A stretch of 64,000 nucleotides of DNA from NCBI GenBank assembly GCA_018654605.1, contig JABILG010000003.1, forward strand, positions 5,952 through 69,951, read 5' to 3'. The DNA is from a bacterium. Its GTDB lineage: Bacteria > Desulfobacterota_D > UBA1144. Shown here in pieces: positions 20,398 to 31,107 of this stretch (position 1 is its first letter; the number at the start of each line of letters is the position of its first letter). Under the pieces are notes generated by a model. That model was given only the letters and a program-made list of their open reading frames with translations, was not told the origin of the DNA and made no database searches. The position numbers were made by a program, and so were the translations under genes.

Positions 20398-21321
20398 ATG
20401 ATTACTACTTTTGGCGGAGGCGTAGGGGCAGGGAAATTCTTAGAAGGATTATACTCTCAAGATTATTTAGAAGAATTAAATATTATTGTAAACACAGCTG
20501 ACGATATAGATATCTATGATGTTCGAGTAAGTCCTGATATCGATTCAATTCTCTATTGGCTATCAGGTAAGGTTGACAGAAGAAAAGGATGGGGAATAAA
20601 AGGAGATACTTTTAATCATCTGAATGAAAGAAAGAATAATGATTCATGGTTTAACCTTGGTGATTTAGATTTAGCTGAGAACTTAAGAAAGAAGCATTTT
20701 ATGAGCAAAGGCCTTACTTTACAAGAAGTAGTAAATAAGCAAAGAAAAAAACTTAAGATTAAGAAGGCAAAGATATTTCCTATGTGTAATGAGGAAGTGG
20801 AGACCTTCGTGGGGACAAGAAGAAAGAAAATTCATTTTCAAGAATATTTAATAAAATATAAAATGAAGCCAAAAATAGATAGCGTAACTTTTAAGAATAT
20901 TAGAAAATCTCACCCATCCAAGGGAGTTATTGAAAAGATAAATAAGTCAAAACTTATAATCTTTTGTCCGAGTAACCCAATTATAAGTATCGGACCAATC
21001 TTATCTGTACCGGGTATTAGAAAAGCAGTCAAAGATTCTAGAGCAATAAAGGTGGCAATCAGTCCTATTGTTGGAGACAAAGCCTTTAAGGGGCCTGTCT
21101 TAAATTTTATGAAAGCAAAGGGTTTTTTACCGTCTGTTCTTGGAGTAGCCTCCTTTTATAAAGATTTAGTTGATTATCTTATGATTGACAATAAAGATAA
21201 AGAATATGAGAAGAAGATTAAGTTGCTTGGTATTGTTCCAATCTTTAAGGATATACGAATGACTAAAAGGGAAGTTTCTATAAGAATGGCTAAATCAATA
21301 TTGGAGCTAATTGATAGATGA
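20398..21321 (+). CDS. cofD: 2-phospho-L-lactate/PEP transferase (CofD/FbiA)
   Basis: GGGVGAGKF, NTADD, SPDIDS, WFNLGDLD, HFQEY, PSNP.ISIGPIL, ISPIVG..A.KGP. Confidence 0.93.
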   Translation: MITTFGGGVGAGKFLEGLYSQDYLEELNIIVNTADDIDIYDVRVSPDIDSILYWLSGKVDRRKGWGIKGDTFNHLNERKNNDSWFNLGDLDLAENLRKKHFMSKGLTLQEVVNKQRKKLKIKKAKIFPMCNEEVETFVGTRRKKIHFQEYLIKYKMKPKIDSVTFKNIRKSHPSKGVIEKINKSKLIIFCPSNPIISIGPILSVPGIRKAVKDSRAIKVAISPIVGDKAFKGPVLNFMKAKGFLPSVLGVASFYKDLVDYLMIDNKDKEYEKKIKLLGIVPIFKDIRMTKREVSIRMAKSILELIDR

Positions 21322-22064
21322 AGAAAGTAGAATTGGTTCCTTTGCAAGGAATTCCGAAGGTGAAACCAGGAGACAATGTTTCTTCTTTTATAATAAGGGC
21401 ACTCCGAAGAAAGAAGATTGTCCTTAGTGACAATGATCTGATTGTTATAGCCCATAAAATTATTTCTATTTCAGAGAATAGATTTGTAAGTTTAAGCTCC
21501 GTTAAAGTAAGTAAGAAAGCTAAACTGTTAAGTCAAAAAATCGGGAAACCAGAAGAACTATGCCAGTTAATTTTGGATAATTCTAGAAAAGTAATAAAAA
21601 GTACGAATGATGTTATTATTACTGAAAATAAATTAGGTGTAATAACAGCTAACGCAGGAATAGATCAATCAAATATTGATAAAAAAGATGCCGTACTTCT
21701 TCTACCTATTAATCCAAACATTTCTGCAAGAAGAATCTCAAAGGCGATTTATAAAGAAACTAAAAAAGATATTGGAATTATAATTTCAGATTCAATTGGT
21801 AGACCATGGAGACTTGGACTAACTCAAGTATCTATTGGAAGTTATGGAATTTTACCAATCAAGAAATACAAGAAAGATATTTATAAGAATTCTTTGTATG
21901 ATACAGATATACCAATAGTTGATGAGATAGCTTCTGCAGCAGGTATCTTGATGGAAAAAGATATAGGTATTCCTGTTGTTTTGATAAAAGGGTATAATTA
22001 TATTAAATCAAATAAGAATTCTAATATTCTTTTGAGAAGCGACAAAAATGATATCTTTAAATGA
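21318..22064 (+). CDS. cofE: F420-0:gamma-glutamyl ligase (no nitroreductase domain)
   Basis: IP.VKPGD, HKIIS.SE, ANAGIDQSN, IISDS.GRPWRLG, DEIASAA. Confidence 0.93.
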   Translation: MKKVELVPLQGIPKVKPGDNVSSFIIRALRRKKIVLSDNDLIVIAHKIISISENRFVSLSSVKVSKKAKLLSQKIGKPEELCQLILDNSRKVIKSTNDVIITENKLGVITANAGIDQSNIDKKDAVLLLPINPNISARRISKAIYKETKKDIGIIISDSIGRPWRLGLTQVSIGSYGILPIKKYKKDIYKNSLYDTDIPIVDEIASAAGILMEKDIGIPVVLIKGYNYIKSNKNSNILLRSDKNDIFK

Positions 22065-23307
22065 AGCTCACGAAATATTCTTAAATTCTCACAGTTCAGC
22101 CGAGATTCTAAGAGCACATGATATACCAGTAGGTGATATTGAGAAATTGACACCAACTATAAGGATTTCATTAGAAAAAGCTCTTAATGAAGTAGATATG
22201 ACTAGAGATGACATTTTAGCATTGACAGATATAAGTATTGAAAATGTTGCCGTTTTAATGTCAGTCTCTAATTTTTTAAGAGATAAACATAAAGGTACTT
22301 TAATAAGTTTCTCTAAAAATTTTTTTATTCCTCTCACTCAGCTGTGTAGAGACAAATGTTCTTACTGTACTTTTAAGTATGAACCTGGTGAAGGGGAATT
22401 GTTCTATTCTCCAGAAAAAGTTTTAGAGGCAGCTAAGAAATCAGCTGAGCTTGGATGCACTGAAATGCTCTTTGTTTCAGGAGACAAGCCAGAGCTTGTT
22501 TATGATGTTTATAGAAAAGAGTTAAACAAGATGGGTTATGATTCAACATCTGATTATATGATTGCGATGTCAGAGATATGTCTTGAAGAAGGGATTTTTC
22601 CCCATTCTAATTTAGGAATAGCAAAACCTGAAGAGTTAAAAAGATTTAAAAATTCTAATCCCAGCATGGGGCTTATGTTAGAGAGTATAAGTGAGAGATT
22701 AATGGAGCCTGGTGAAGCGCATTATAGATGCCCCGATAAATACCCTAGGGCCAGAATCAAAACAATATCGGATGCAGGAAAGCTCAATATACCTTGGACC
22801 TCAGGAATATTGATTGGCATAGGCGAAACATGGGAAGAGCGTGTCGATTCTATCTTTGAGTTAAAAAGGATTAGTGATGAGTTTGGACATATACAAGAAA
22901 TAATAATACAGAACTTCAGTCCTAAGCCTGGAATTAAAATGGAAGGTAGTCCGGTGCCGACAGATTTAGATATGATTAAGACAGTTGCAATGGCTAAGAT
23001 ATTAATGGGTAAGGATGTTAACATTCAAGTTCCTCCAAACTTAAATGCTAAAACCTATACCTTGCATATATTCTCTGGAGTCAATGATTTAGGGGGTGTT
23101 TCACCTCTTACAATTGATTACGTAAACCCTGAAAGTCCTTGGCCACAACTAGATATAATGAAAAAGAATATATCAGAATTTGGATTTACCCTTAGAGAAA
23201 GACTGCCAGTTTATCCAGAGTATTTGGATAAAAGATTTTTGACTGATAATATTTACAATAAAGCATTAAAATTTGTTGACGAAACAGGATATATTAAAGA
23301 GGGTTAG
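22048..23307 (+). CDS. cofG: FO synthase subunit 1
   Basis: FSKNFFIPLT.LCRDKCSYC, PHSN.G, SMGLMLES, CPDK.P..R, HIQEIIIQNF, QVPPNL, GGVSP.T.D.VNPE..WP. Confidence 0.93.
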   Translation: MISLNEAHEIFLNSHSSAEILRAHDIPVGDIEKLTPTIRISLEKALNEVDMTRDDILALTDISIENVAVLMSVSNFLRDKHKGTLISFSKNFFIPLTQLCRDKCSYCTFKYEPGEGELFYSPEKVLEAAKKSAELGCTEMLFVSGDKPELVYDVYRKELNKMGYDSTSDYMIAMSEICLEEGIFPHSNLGIAKPEELKRFKNSNPSMGLMLESISERLMEPGEAHYRCPDKYPRARIKTISDAGKLNIPWTSGILIGIGETWEERVDSIFELKRISDEFGHIQEIIIQNFSPKPGIKMEGSPVPTDLDMIKTVAMAKILMGKDVNIQVPPNLNAKTYTLHIFSGVNDLGGVSPLTIDYVNPESPWPQLDIMKKNISEFGFTLRERLPVYPEYLDKRFLTDNIYNKALKFVDETGYIKEG

Positions 23308-23316
23308 AGTTTAGAG

Positions 23317-24528
23317 ATGGATGACGAATTAAAAAAAATTATCGATGACATTGAGAACAATAGAGAAAAAGGTTTAGACTACCTTTTGTCTAAGGGTTCT
23401 GAGAAAATAGTATCTATTTTAACCAAATCTATTAATAAAGAAGAAATTTCTGAAAAAGAAGCAGAAGAACTTTTTTTAATTGAAGATGTAAATGATTTGT
23501 CACTACTTGTTGTATTGGCGGATAGAATTAGAAAAGAAGACGTGGGCGATGATGTTACTTATGTAGTAAATAGAAACATTAATTTTACCAATATATGCAA
23601 CACTTATTGTGGGTTTTGTAATTTTATGGCTCCTGAAGGTGACGAAAAAGCCTACTTCCTTACTATGGATGAGATTAAAGATAAAGTTCGTGAAGCTAGA
23701 GAAAATGGAGCTACAGAAGTTTGTATGCAAGGCGGAATGCACCCGGATATTGATGGAAACTTTTACCTTGAAATAATAAAGTCTGTTAAGGAAGCTGTTC
23801 CTGATATGCATACTCATTGTTTCTCACCCTTTGAAGTACACTATGGAGCTGAAACACTAAATATCCCGATAGGTGATTTTGTTTCCCAGCTTAAAGATGT
23901 TGGTCATGGAACTTTCCCTGGAACTGCTGCGGAGATATTAAGTGAGGATGTAAGGCAAATTATCGCGCCAGGTAAGATTACAACAGATCAGTGGGTTCAT
24001 ACAATTAAAGAGATTCATAAAGCAGGAATGAATACTACTTCTACAATTATGTATGGGCATGTAGACAAACCTTTTCATTGGGCAAAGCACTTTAATATCC
24101 TTCGAGAGATACAGAAGGAAACGGGTGGCATAACAGAATTTGTCCCTCTAAGATTTATACCCTGGGATACAAGACTTTACAAAAAGGGTTTATCAAGAGA
24201 AGGTCCTACGGATTTAGATCAACTGAAGATGTATGCAATTTCAAGACTATTCTTTAGGGGCTGGATTAATAACATCCAGGTTTCTTGGGTTAAACAAGGA
24301 CCAGAATTTGCTCAATATTGTCTTAACGCAGGAGCCAATGATTTTGGTGGAACTTTAATGGAAGAAAAGATAACTACTGCCGCTGGTGGTAAGTTTGGGC
24401 AGTATTTTCCTCCTGATGAATTTAGAAGACTTACATTTGAAATTAATCGTAGGCCAGTTGAGAGATCCACAAAGTATGACTATCTAAAAATTTACGAGAA
24501 TGATCTTAGAGCTGTAGAGAATAGTTAG
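23317..24528 (+). CDS. cofH: FO synthase subunit 2
   Basis: [57 protein letters not shown]; the cof context favours CofH over MqnC. Confidence 0.9.
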   Translation: MDDELKKIIDDIENNREKGLDYLLSKGSEKIVSILTKSINKEEISEKEAEELFLIEDVNDLSLLVVLADRIRKEDVGDDVTYVVNRNINFTNICNTYCGFCNFMAPEGDEKAYFLTMDEIKDKVREARENGATEVCMQGGMHPDIDGNFYLEIIKSVKEAVPDMHTHCFSPFEVHYGAETLNIPIGDFVSQLKDVGHGTFPGTAAEILSEDVRQIIAPGKITTDQWVHTIKEIHKAGMNTTSTIMYGHVDKPFHWAKHFNILREIQKETGGITEFVPLRFIPWDTRLYKKGLSREGPTDLDQLKMYAISRLFFRGWINNIQVSWVKQGPEFAQYCLNAGANDFGGTLMEEKITTAAGGKFGQYFPPDEFRRLTFEINRRPVERSTKYDYLKIYENDLRAVENS

Positions 24529-24536
24529 TTAAAGTC

Positions 24537-25178
24537 ATGAGCTTTTTTACAAGTATTAAATTAGATATAGCTGCTGTTAACGAAAGAGATCCTGCAGCAA
24601 GAAACCTTTTAGAGATTCTAGTTAATTACCCTGGATTTCATGCGATTTTTTGGCATAGAATAGCAAGTCTTTTATGGCATTTAGGGCTTAAACTCATAGC
24701 CAGAATGATATCAAATATCCTTAGGACATTAACAGGAATCGAAATTCACCCTGCTGCCACTATAGGTCAAGGATTCTTTATAGATCATGGAATGGGTGTG
24801 GTAATTGGAGAAACATCAGAGATAGGAAAGAATGTCACGATTTATCAAGGTGTTACACTAGGTGGTGTAAGTGCGAATCCTGGTAAAAGACATCCAACAA
24901 TAGGAGATAATGTCATTATTGGCGCAGGAAGTAAAATCCTGGGGCCACTAAATATTGGTGAGAATACAAAGATTGGTGCAAATTCGGTCGTGATTGACGA
25001 TATCCCTCAGAACTCCACAGTTGTTGGAGTCCCGGGTAAAGTTGTTGGAAAGTCTTTTTCATCCATGGCACCAGATTTATATCATAACAAGCTACCTGAT
25101 CCTAGCGGTGAAGATATTTTAAGGATTAATAAAGAAATTGAAGAATTAAAAAAACAACTGAGAAACTTAAAGTCCTAA
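24537..25178 (+). CDS. cysE: Serine O-acetyltransferase
   Basis: [37 protein letters not shown] hexapeptide repeats. Confidence 0.95.
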   Translation: MSFFTSIKLDIAAVNERDPAARNLLEILVNYPGFHAIFWHRIASLLWHLGLKLIARMISNILRTLTGIEIHPAATIGQGFFIDHGMGVVIGETSEIGKNVTIYQGVTLGGVSANPGKRHPTIGDNVIIGAGSKILGPLNIGENTKIGANSVVIDDIPQNSTVVGVPGKVVGKSFSSMAPDLYHNKLPDPSGEDILRINKEIEELKKQLRNLKS

Positions 25179-26180
25179 ATTTTCCTCTAAGTTAAATAAT
25201 AAATTCATATTTTGGACAGCTTGGCCTGAGGCTCCCTTTGTTAAATTATCAATAACTGAGGATATAAGCAATATTCTGTTTTGTGGCATTACTTTAATGC
25301 CAATCTGACACATGTTAGTATTTTGCACATCATTAATTTTAGGAAGACCTGTTTCTAGTACTTTAACAAAATTAGAATCTAGATAGTAATCTTTGAATGA
25401 TTTAAGAATTTGTTTATGATTAAAAGGTGTTTTCCTTGAAATGTAGATGTTAGACATTATCCCTCTTTTTATAGGCAAAAGGTGAGGGACCATTATAAGA
25501 TTGATTTTTTTCCCTGATTCTTTAAAAATTAATTGCTCTACTTCGGGTGCATGCCTGTGGTTCCCAACATTATAAGTTGATAGATTATCGTAACTCTCTG
25601 AAAAGCTATGTTCCAAGTTACCACTTTTTCCTGCACCAGATATTCCAGACTTTGTATCCACAATAATGTCTTCTAAATCCTTAAGGTTATTTGCGATTGG
25701 GATTAGGCCAAGTAGGATAGAGGTGGCATAGCAACCTGGGTTAGAGATGTTCTTTTTTCTGTTGATTTTATCTTTATTAATTTCCGGAAGGATATATTGG
25801 AAATCCTTTAGTGTCGAAGCATTTCTCCTTGATTTGTACCATTGAGCATGACTTCTTTTGCCTAGTCTAAAATCACCACTTAAGTCTATAATCTTTGCAC
25901 CCATTCTCTTTACTTTGTTGTACATTGAGATTAAGCCCCCGCCTGGGAGGCATGAGAAGATTAGGTCAATCTTCTTTATCTTTAATATTTCCGAGTTTTT
26001 TCTAATTTTTAATCTTTTAGATATTTTTAAATTTGGAATTATTTCATCAACATATGGTCCAATGTTTGAATTCGCACCAACGAATATAATGTCAGCCATT
26101 GGATGATTGCTTAATATTTTAAGTAACTCAATTCCCGTATATCCAGTGACTCCAAATATACCTATTTTTATTTTCTTCAT
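25167..26180 (-). CDS. argC: N-acetyl-gamma-glutamyl-phosphate reductase
   Basis: [46 protein letters not shown]. Confidence 0.95.
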   Translation of the reverse strand: MKKIKIGIFGVTGYTGIELLKILSNHPMADIIFVGANSNIGPYVDEIIPNLKISKRLKIRKNSEILKIKKIDLIFSCLPGGGLISMYNKVKRMGAKIIDLSGDFRLGKRSHAQWYKSRRNASTLKDFQYILPEINKDKINRKKNISNPGCYATSILLGLIPIANNLKDLEDIIVDTKSGISGAGKSGNLEHSFSESYDNLSTYNVGNHRHAPEVEQLIFKESGKKINLIMVPHLLPIKRGIMSNIYISRKTPFNHKQILKSFKDYYLDSNFVKVLETGLPKINDVQNTNMCQIGIKVMPQNRILLISSVIDNLTKGASGQAVQNMNLLFNLEENLGL

Positions 26181-26280
26181 AAATGTGACAGTATCATACA
26201 ATTTTTATAAATCCAATTGTTTGAAATCTATTATGAAGAGTGTAAAATTAAAAAACTCTCTAAATTAAAAGGATAAAAAT

Positions 26281-27291
26281 ATGTCAATTAAAATAGGTAT
26301 TAACGGATTTGGAAGAATAGGAAGAAATCTTTTAAGAATCTCTTTGCTTTCTGATAAGATTGATGTCGTAGCAATTAATGATATAGCTGATCTGCAAACT
26401 TGCGCGCATTTGTTAAAGTATGATTCGGTCTTTGGTGTTCTAGAGAATAATGTATCACATGATTCAGATGGAATTCTTATTGATGGAAAGAGGATAAAAA
26501 TATTTTCTGAAAGAAGCCCGTCGGATATAGGCTGGTCAGACGAAGGGTGTCAAATTGTAGTTGAGTCCACAGGAATATTTACATCTAAGGAACTAGCATC
26601 ACAACATCTAGGTGGAAATGTAAAAAAAGTTATAATATCTGCACCTGGAAAGGGTGACATAGACTTTACGACTGTTATGGGAGCAAATGACGATTTATAT
26701 GATAATAATCAGCATCATATTGTTTCCAATGCATCATGTACAACTAACTGTTTAGCTATGATAGTGAAAGTTTTAAGAGACAACTTTGGTCTTGAGAGTG
26801 GTCACATGACTACTATCCACTCTTATACAAACGACCAAAGGATAATAGACTCGCCCCATTCTGATCTCAGAAGAGCTAGGGCCGGTGGTTTGTCTATGAT
26901 TCCTACAAGTACTGGTGCAACCAAAGCTATAGAGGAAATATTCCCAGATTTAAAAGGAAACTTGTCTGCTATATCAGTTAGGGTTCCAACGCCGAATGTT
27001 TCTATGATTGATTTTGTTGCTAGAATTAAGAACAAGGCGTCTACAAAGGAAATTAATTCTGCGTTTATAGAGGCTTCAGAATCTACACTTCAAGGCTATC
27101 TTGATATAGCTCACGAAGGGGCGGTTTCTGTTGATCTATTAAAAAATAAACATTCAGCTGTTTTTGATCCATTTGGTACAAGTGTGATTGGGGATAATTT
27201 TATAAAAGTAATCGCTTGGTACGATAATGAATATGGTTATTCTTCAAGGGTGCTAGATTTAGCGGTAAAGATTGGAAGTTCGCTTGGATAA
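26281..27291 (+). CDS. gap: Type I glyceraldehyde-3-phosphate dehydrogenase
   Basis: GINGFGRIGR, SNASCTTNC, WYDNEYGY. Confidence 0.97.
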   Translation: MSIKIGINGFGRIGRNLLRISLLSDKIDVVAINDIADLQTCAHLLKYDSVFGVLENNVSHDSDGILIDGKRIKIFSERSPSDIGWSDEGCQIVVESTGIFTSKELASQHLGGNVKKVIISAPGKGDIDFTTVMGANDDLYDNNQHHIVSNASCTTNCLAMIVKVLRDNFGLESGHMTTIHSYTNDQRIIDSPHSDLRRARAGGLSMIPTSTGATKAIEEIFPDLKGNLSAISVRVPTPNVSMIDFVARIKNKASTKEINSAFIEASESTLQGYLDIAHEGAVSVDLLKNKHSAVFDPFGTSVIGDNFIKVIAWYDNEYGYSSRVLDLAVKIGSSLG

Positions 27292-28480
27292 AAAGAAGGT
27301 CATATCAGATTTTCCAAAGTCTTTTTATAAAGGTAAGAAAGTTTTTGTACGTGTTGATTTTAATGTCCCAATAAATATTGAAACGGATTCGATTAGAGAA
27401 GACTATCGTATTAGGAGAGCGCTACCCACTATTGATTTCTTAATAGATGCAGGAGCAAAAATTATATTAGGATCCCATTTAGGTAGACCTAAAGGGAAAG
27501 TAGTAAAAGATTTGTCTTTGCAAATAGTGTCAAATAGGCTTTCAGAGTTGATTGATAAAGAGGTTTTATTTGTCGAAGATTTTATTGGAGGTGGCTTATC
27601 TAAGCAGCTTGACGACTTACCTAATGGTTCAGTAGTAATGCTTGAAAATCTTAGGTTTCATGAAGCAGAAACAGAAAATGACCCAGCATTTTCAATTGAA
27701 CTAGCCAAACTTGCGGATGTTTACATAAATGAAGCTTTTGGAACCTCACATAGAGCTCATTGTTCTACGTATGGTATGACTAAAGATTTTGTTGATAAAA
27801 TAAGTGGTTTCCTAGTAGATAAAGAATTAAGTTTTGTTTCGAAAATGATGGAAACACCCGAGCATCCGTTTTTGGTTATAATCGGTGGTTCTAAAATAAA
27901 AGATAAAATTTCCGCTCTTGGGAATTTGCTCGATAGAGCAGACAAGATAATAGTCGGTGGTGGGGCTGCCTATACCTTTCTAAAGGCACAAAACATTAAT
28001 ATAGGAAACTCAATCTATGAGAAAGAAATGTTAAGCTGGGTGGAGGATGTATATGCTAAATACAAGGATAAGATTGTTCTCCCAATTGACCATGTTATTT
28101 CGAAAGATTTCAATAAAACAAGTCAGTGTTTGATATCTGATATAGAGATTCCTGATGACCATATGGCACTTGATATTGGCCCAAAGACTATAGAATTGTT
28201 CAACTCAGTTATAAAAGGCCCGGGTTATATTTTTTGGAATGGCCCAATGGGTGTCTTTGAATTTGATCAGTATTCATCTGGGACCATTCATGTTGCTAGA
28301 GCAGTTGCTTTAGCGACTTGGAGAGGTGCAACTTCGGTTGTAGGTGGTGGTGAAACAATTGCGGCAATTCGCAAGGCAGAAGTTTTAGAATCTGAGATTT
28401 CACATATGTCTACTGGTGGGGGCGCATTACTAGAATATTTGGGTGGAAGTAGCTTGCCAGGTATAGAAATTCTTGATTAA
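27272..28480 (+). CDS. pgk: Phosphoglycerate kinase
   Basis: RVDFNVP, SHLGRP, LENLRF, HRAH, WNGPMGVFE, STGGGA. Confidence 0.96.
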   Translation: MEVRLDKKKVISDFPKSFYKGKKVFVRVDFNVPINIETDSIREDYRIRRALPTIDFLIDAGAKIILGSHLGRPKGKVVKDLSLQIVSNRLSELIDKEVLFVEDFIGGGLSKQLDDLPNGSVVMLENLRFHEAETENDPAFSIELAKLADVYINEAFGTSHRAHCSTYGMTKDFVDKISGFLVDKELSFVSKMMETPEHPFLVIIGGSKIKDKISALGNLLDRADKIIVGGGAAYTFLKAQNINIGNSIYEKEMLSWVEDVYAKYKDKIVLPIDHVISKDFNKTSQCLISDIEIPDDHMALDIGPKTIELFNSVIKGPGYIFWNGPMGVFEFDQYSSGTIHVARAVALATWRGATSVVGGGETIAAIRKAEVLESEISHMSTGGGALLEYLGGSSLPGIEILD

Positions 28481-28502
28481 TAATTTATAATAAAAAAATA
28501 GA

Positions 28503-29576
28503 ATGAAAAAAAGTTCCAAGAACGATTTAAGTTGGATTGAGACTCTGTTGGGTGACGAAGCTAGTTATCTTCTTGATCACCAATGTAAAACAGTAGATTT
28601 AAAAAATATAATAAAACCTGGTCCAGATTTTGTAGATAGGGTCCTAAAAGATTCAGATAGGTCTAATGTTGTTTTAAGAAATCTTCAAACTTTATTTAAT
28701 CATGGAAGACTTGGTGGAACCGGATATCTTTCGATACTTCCAGTTGATCAAGGTGTTGAGCATTCAGCTGGAGCATCTTTTGCACCAAACCCAATATATT
28801 TTGATCCAGACAACATTGTTAAGCTCGCAATTGAAGGTGGGTGTGGTGCTGTAACTTCAACTTTAGGTGTTCTTGGCTCTGTTTCAAGGAAGTATGCTCA
28901 TAAGATTCCTTTTATTTTAAAATTAAATCATAATGAATTCTTAACTTACCCAAACCAGTATGATCAGATTCGTTTTGCTTCTGTTGACCAAGCTTTTAAT
29001 ATGGGTGCTATTGGTGTTGGAGCAACTATCTATTTTGGGTCAGAAGAGAGTACTAGGCAAATACAGGAGGTCTCAGAGCTTTTTGAATATGCTCACTCTT
29101 TAGGCTTGGTAACAATACTTTGGGCCTATCTCAGAAACTCATCTTTTAAAACAAGCAAAAATGATTATCATTTAAGTTCAGACTTGACAGGTCAAGCTAA
29201 CCACTTATCTGCAACAATTCAGGCGGATATTGTAAAGCAAAAGATGGCAGAAAATAACGGAGGTTTTAATGAACTTAATTTTGGGAAGACCCACAAGAAG
29301 GTTTATTCAGAGTTAACCTCGAGCCATCCTATAGACCTAAACAGGTATCAAGTTCTAAATTGTTTATCCGGTAGAGCTGGTTTAATTAACTCAGGTGGAG
29401 CTTCGGGAGACAATGATATCGCACAAGTAGTTAAGACAGCTATTATTAATAAACGTGCGGGTGGTATGGGTTTAATAACTGGAAGAAAGGCTTTCCAAAA
29501 ACCTATGGATGAAGGTGTTGAAATTTTAAATGCTGTTCAAGATATTTATTTAAATAAGAAGATAACTATTGCTTAA
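28503..29576 (+). CDS. fbaB: Class I fructose-bisphosphate aldolase
   Basis: [37 protein letters not shown]. Confidence 0.95.
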   Translation: MKKSSKNDLSWIETLLGDEASYLLDHQCKTVDLKNIIKPGPDFVDRVLKDSDRSNVVLRNLQTLFNHGRLGGTGYLSILPVDQGVEHSAGASFAPNPIYFDPDNIVKLAIEGGCGAVTSTLGVLGSVSRKYAHKIPFILKLNHNEFLTYPNQYDQIRFASVDQAFNMGAIGVGATIYFGSEESTRQIQEVSELFEYAHSLGLVTILWAYLRNSSFKTSKNDYHLSSDLTGQANHLSATIQADIVKQKMAENNGGFNELNFGKTHKKVYSELTSSHPIDLNRYQVLNCLSGRAGLINSGGASGDNDIAQVVKTAIINKRAGGMGLITGRKAFQKPMDEGVEILNAVQDIYLNKKITIA

Positions 29577-30598
29577 GAAAAAAGCTTACTCTTCAAATAC
29601 TTACTAACCATTTTAACCATAGTACTTGAACCGATAAATATAGGGGACTTTTGGTGAATCGATTTTGGTTTAATCGATAAGATATTCTTTTTTCCATCAG
29701 AAGCCAGTCCACCAGCTTGTTCGACAATAAATGCCATTGGATTGCACTCATACATCAATCTAAGCTTTCCCTCAGGGGCATTCTTTGCTTGGGAGTATAT
29801 AAAAAGACCACCTTTAAAGAGGCTTCTGTGCAAATCTGCGACCATTGATCCTACATAACGTAAAGAATAAGGTCTCCCTGTTTTTACATCTTTTTGTTCG
29901 CACCATCTAATGTATTCTTGAAGAGCAAGGGGAAATTCGAAAAAGTTTCCTTGATTTACTGAATACATCCTAGCGTTTTCAGGTATCTGTATATTTGTTT
30001 GAGAAACGTAGAATTCATTCACATAAGGATCTAGTGTAAATGCATCTACTCCCTTGCCCACAGTTAAGACATAAATCGTGGAAGATCCATAAATTATATA
30101 CCCTGCAGCCACCTGCTTTTTCCCCTCTTGTAAGAAATCCTTTGAGGTTAGTTTCTTTGAACTTTTTGGTTTTTTAAGAATAGAAAAAATTGTGCCAACA
30201 GGAACATTTACGTCAATATTAGAGGAACCGTCTAAGGGGTCTATTAATACAATATATTTGGAATTTTTGGAATTCTCATTATTAAAAATTACTATTTTCT
30301 CATTTTCTTCAGAGACAACCCCAGCGCAATTCCCACCATTCTCTAAGGATTTTATGAATAGGTTATTTGCGATTAAGTCTAGTTTTTTGACCTTTTCACC
30401 GTGAGAATTTTTAGAGCCAGTATAATCTCCAAGTGAACCAGCGAGAGCTCCTGTATTCAGCTCTTTGCTTACCTGCCTACCGGCAAGTTTTAAGTCTTTA
30501 AGTAGAGCGATAAGCTCCCTATTTTTATCCCCTGAAAGCTTATCTTTTAATAGATATTGGTATGCTGTTAACTTCTCATTCACCTTAGAATCATACAC
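29573..30598 (-). CDS. fbp: Fructose-1,6-bisphosphatase class 1
   Basis: [31 protein letters not shown]. Confidence 0.96.
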   Translation of the reverse strand: MYDSKVNEKLTAYQYLLKDKLSGDKNRELIALLKDLKLAGRQVSKELNTGALAGSLGDYTGSKNSHGEKVKKLDLIANNLFIKSLENGGNCAGVVSEENEKIVIFNNENSKNSKYIVLIDPLDGSSNIDVNVPVGTIFSILKKPKSSKKLTSKDFLQEGKKQVAAGYIIYGSSTIYVLTVGKGVDAFTLDPYVNEFYVSQTNIQIPENARMYSVNQGNFFEFPLALQEYIRWCEQKDVKTGRPYSLRYVGSMVADLHRSLFKGGLFIYSQAKNAPEGKLRLMYECNPMAFIVEQAGGLASDGKKNILSIKPKSIHQKSPIFIGSSTMVKMVSKYLKSKLFS

Positions 30599-31042
30599 TT
30601 ATATAGTCAAAAAAAAAGACAAATATCCTATAATTTTTTTACAGAAGAGGCTTTCTATATTAAAGATTTCTCTAATGGCCAGTAGTAATAGAAATCCAAT
30701 CACCGAACCTAGTGCTAGACCTGTTAGCAAACCTATTACTCTATTTAACAAAGATAGATTTAAATAAGATAAAACCATATTGATTAAAAAGAAGAATAGT
30801 TTAGAAATGCCATAGAGGGCTAGATAAACACAAATAGTGGAAATCAGATACGATCCATGGCCACTGTAAAAATTATAATCAGAAATTAATTTTGAATTAA
30901 TTTCATTGGATCCTATAAAAGAGACAAAAAGTGGAATTAATAAACAAAAGAACTTGGAGAAAGATTTAATGATCCCTAAATAGAAACCAGCTAAACCGAA
31001 GATTAAAACTACTATGCCGAAAATGAAATCATAAATAAGCAT
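30599..31042 (-). CDS. CvpA (colicin V production) family membrane protein
   Basis: D..F..V......GF..G N-terminus and LNRVIG..G...G motif; start position uncertain. Confidence 0.7.
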   Translation of the reverse strand: MLIYDFIFGIVVLIFGLAGFYLGIIKSFSKFFCLLIPLFVSFIGSNEINSKLISDYNFYSGHGSYLISTICVYLALYGISKLFFFLINMVLSYLNLSLLNRVIGLLTGLALGSVIGFLLLLAIREIFNIESLFCKKIIGYLSFFLTI

Positions 31043-31073
31043 CTCCCATATTTTATATTATTTTTTTAGCTTT

Positions 31074-31101
31074 TTGACTTATTTATTTTTTCTGATAACT
31101 T
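31074..31101 (+). promoter_or_regulatory. Putative sigma-70 promoter (leaderless) for the polyprenyl synthetase gene
   Basis: TTGACT-16 nt-(TGn)TAACTT, then 6 nt to ATG 31108; no SD. Confidence 0.45.
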
Positions 31102-31107
31102 ACAAAA

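Noticed and set aside
23317-24528. MqnC/MqnE (futalosine pathway) assignment
   Set aside because: Its position in cofD-cofE-cofG and the NIQVSWVK and EVCMQGG motifs favour CofH.
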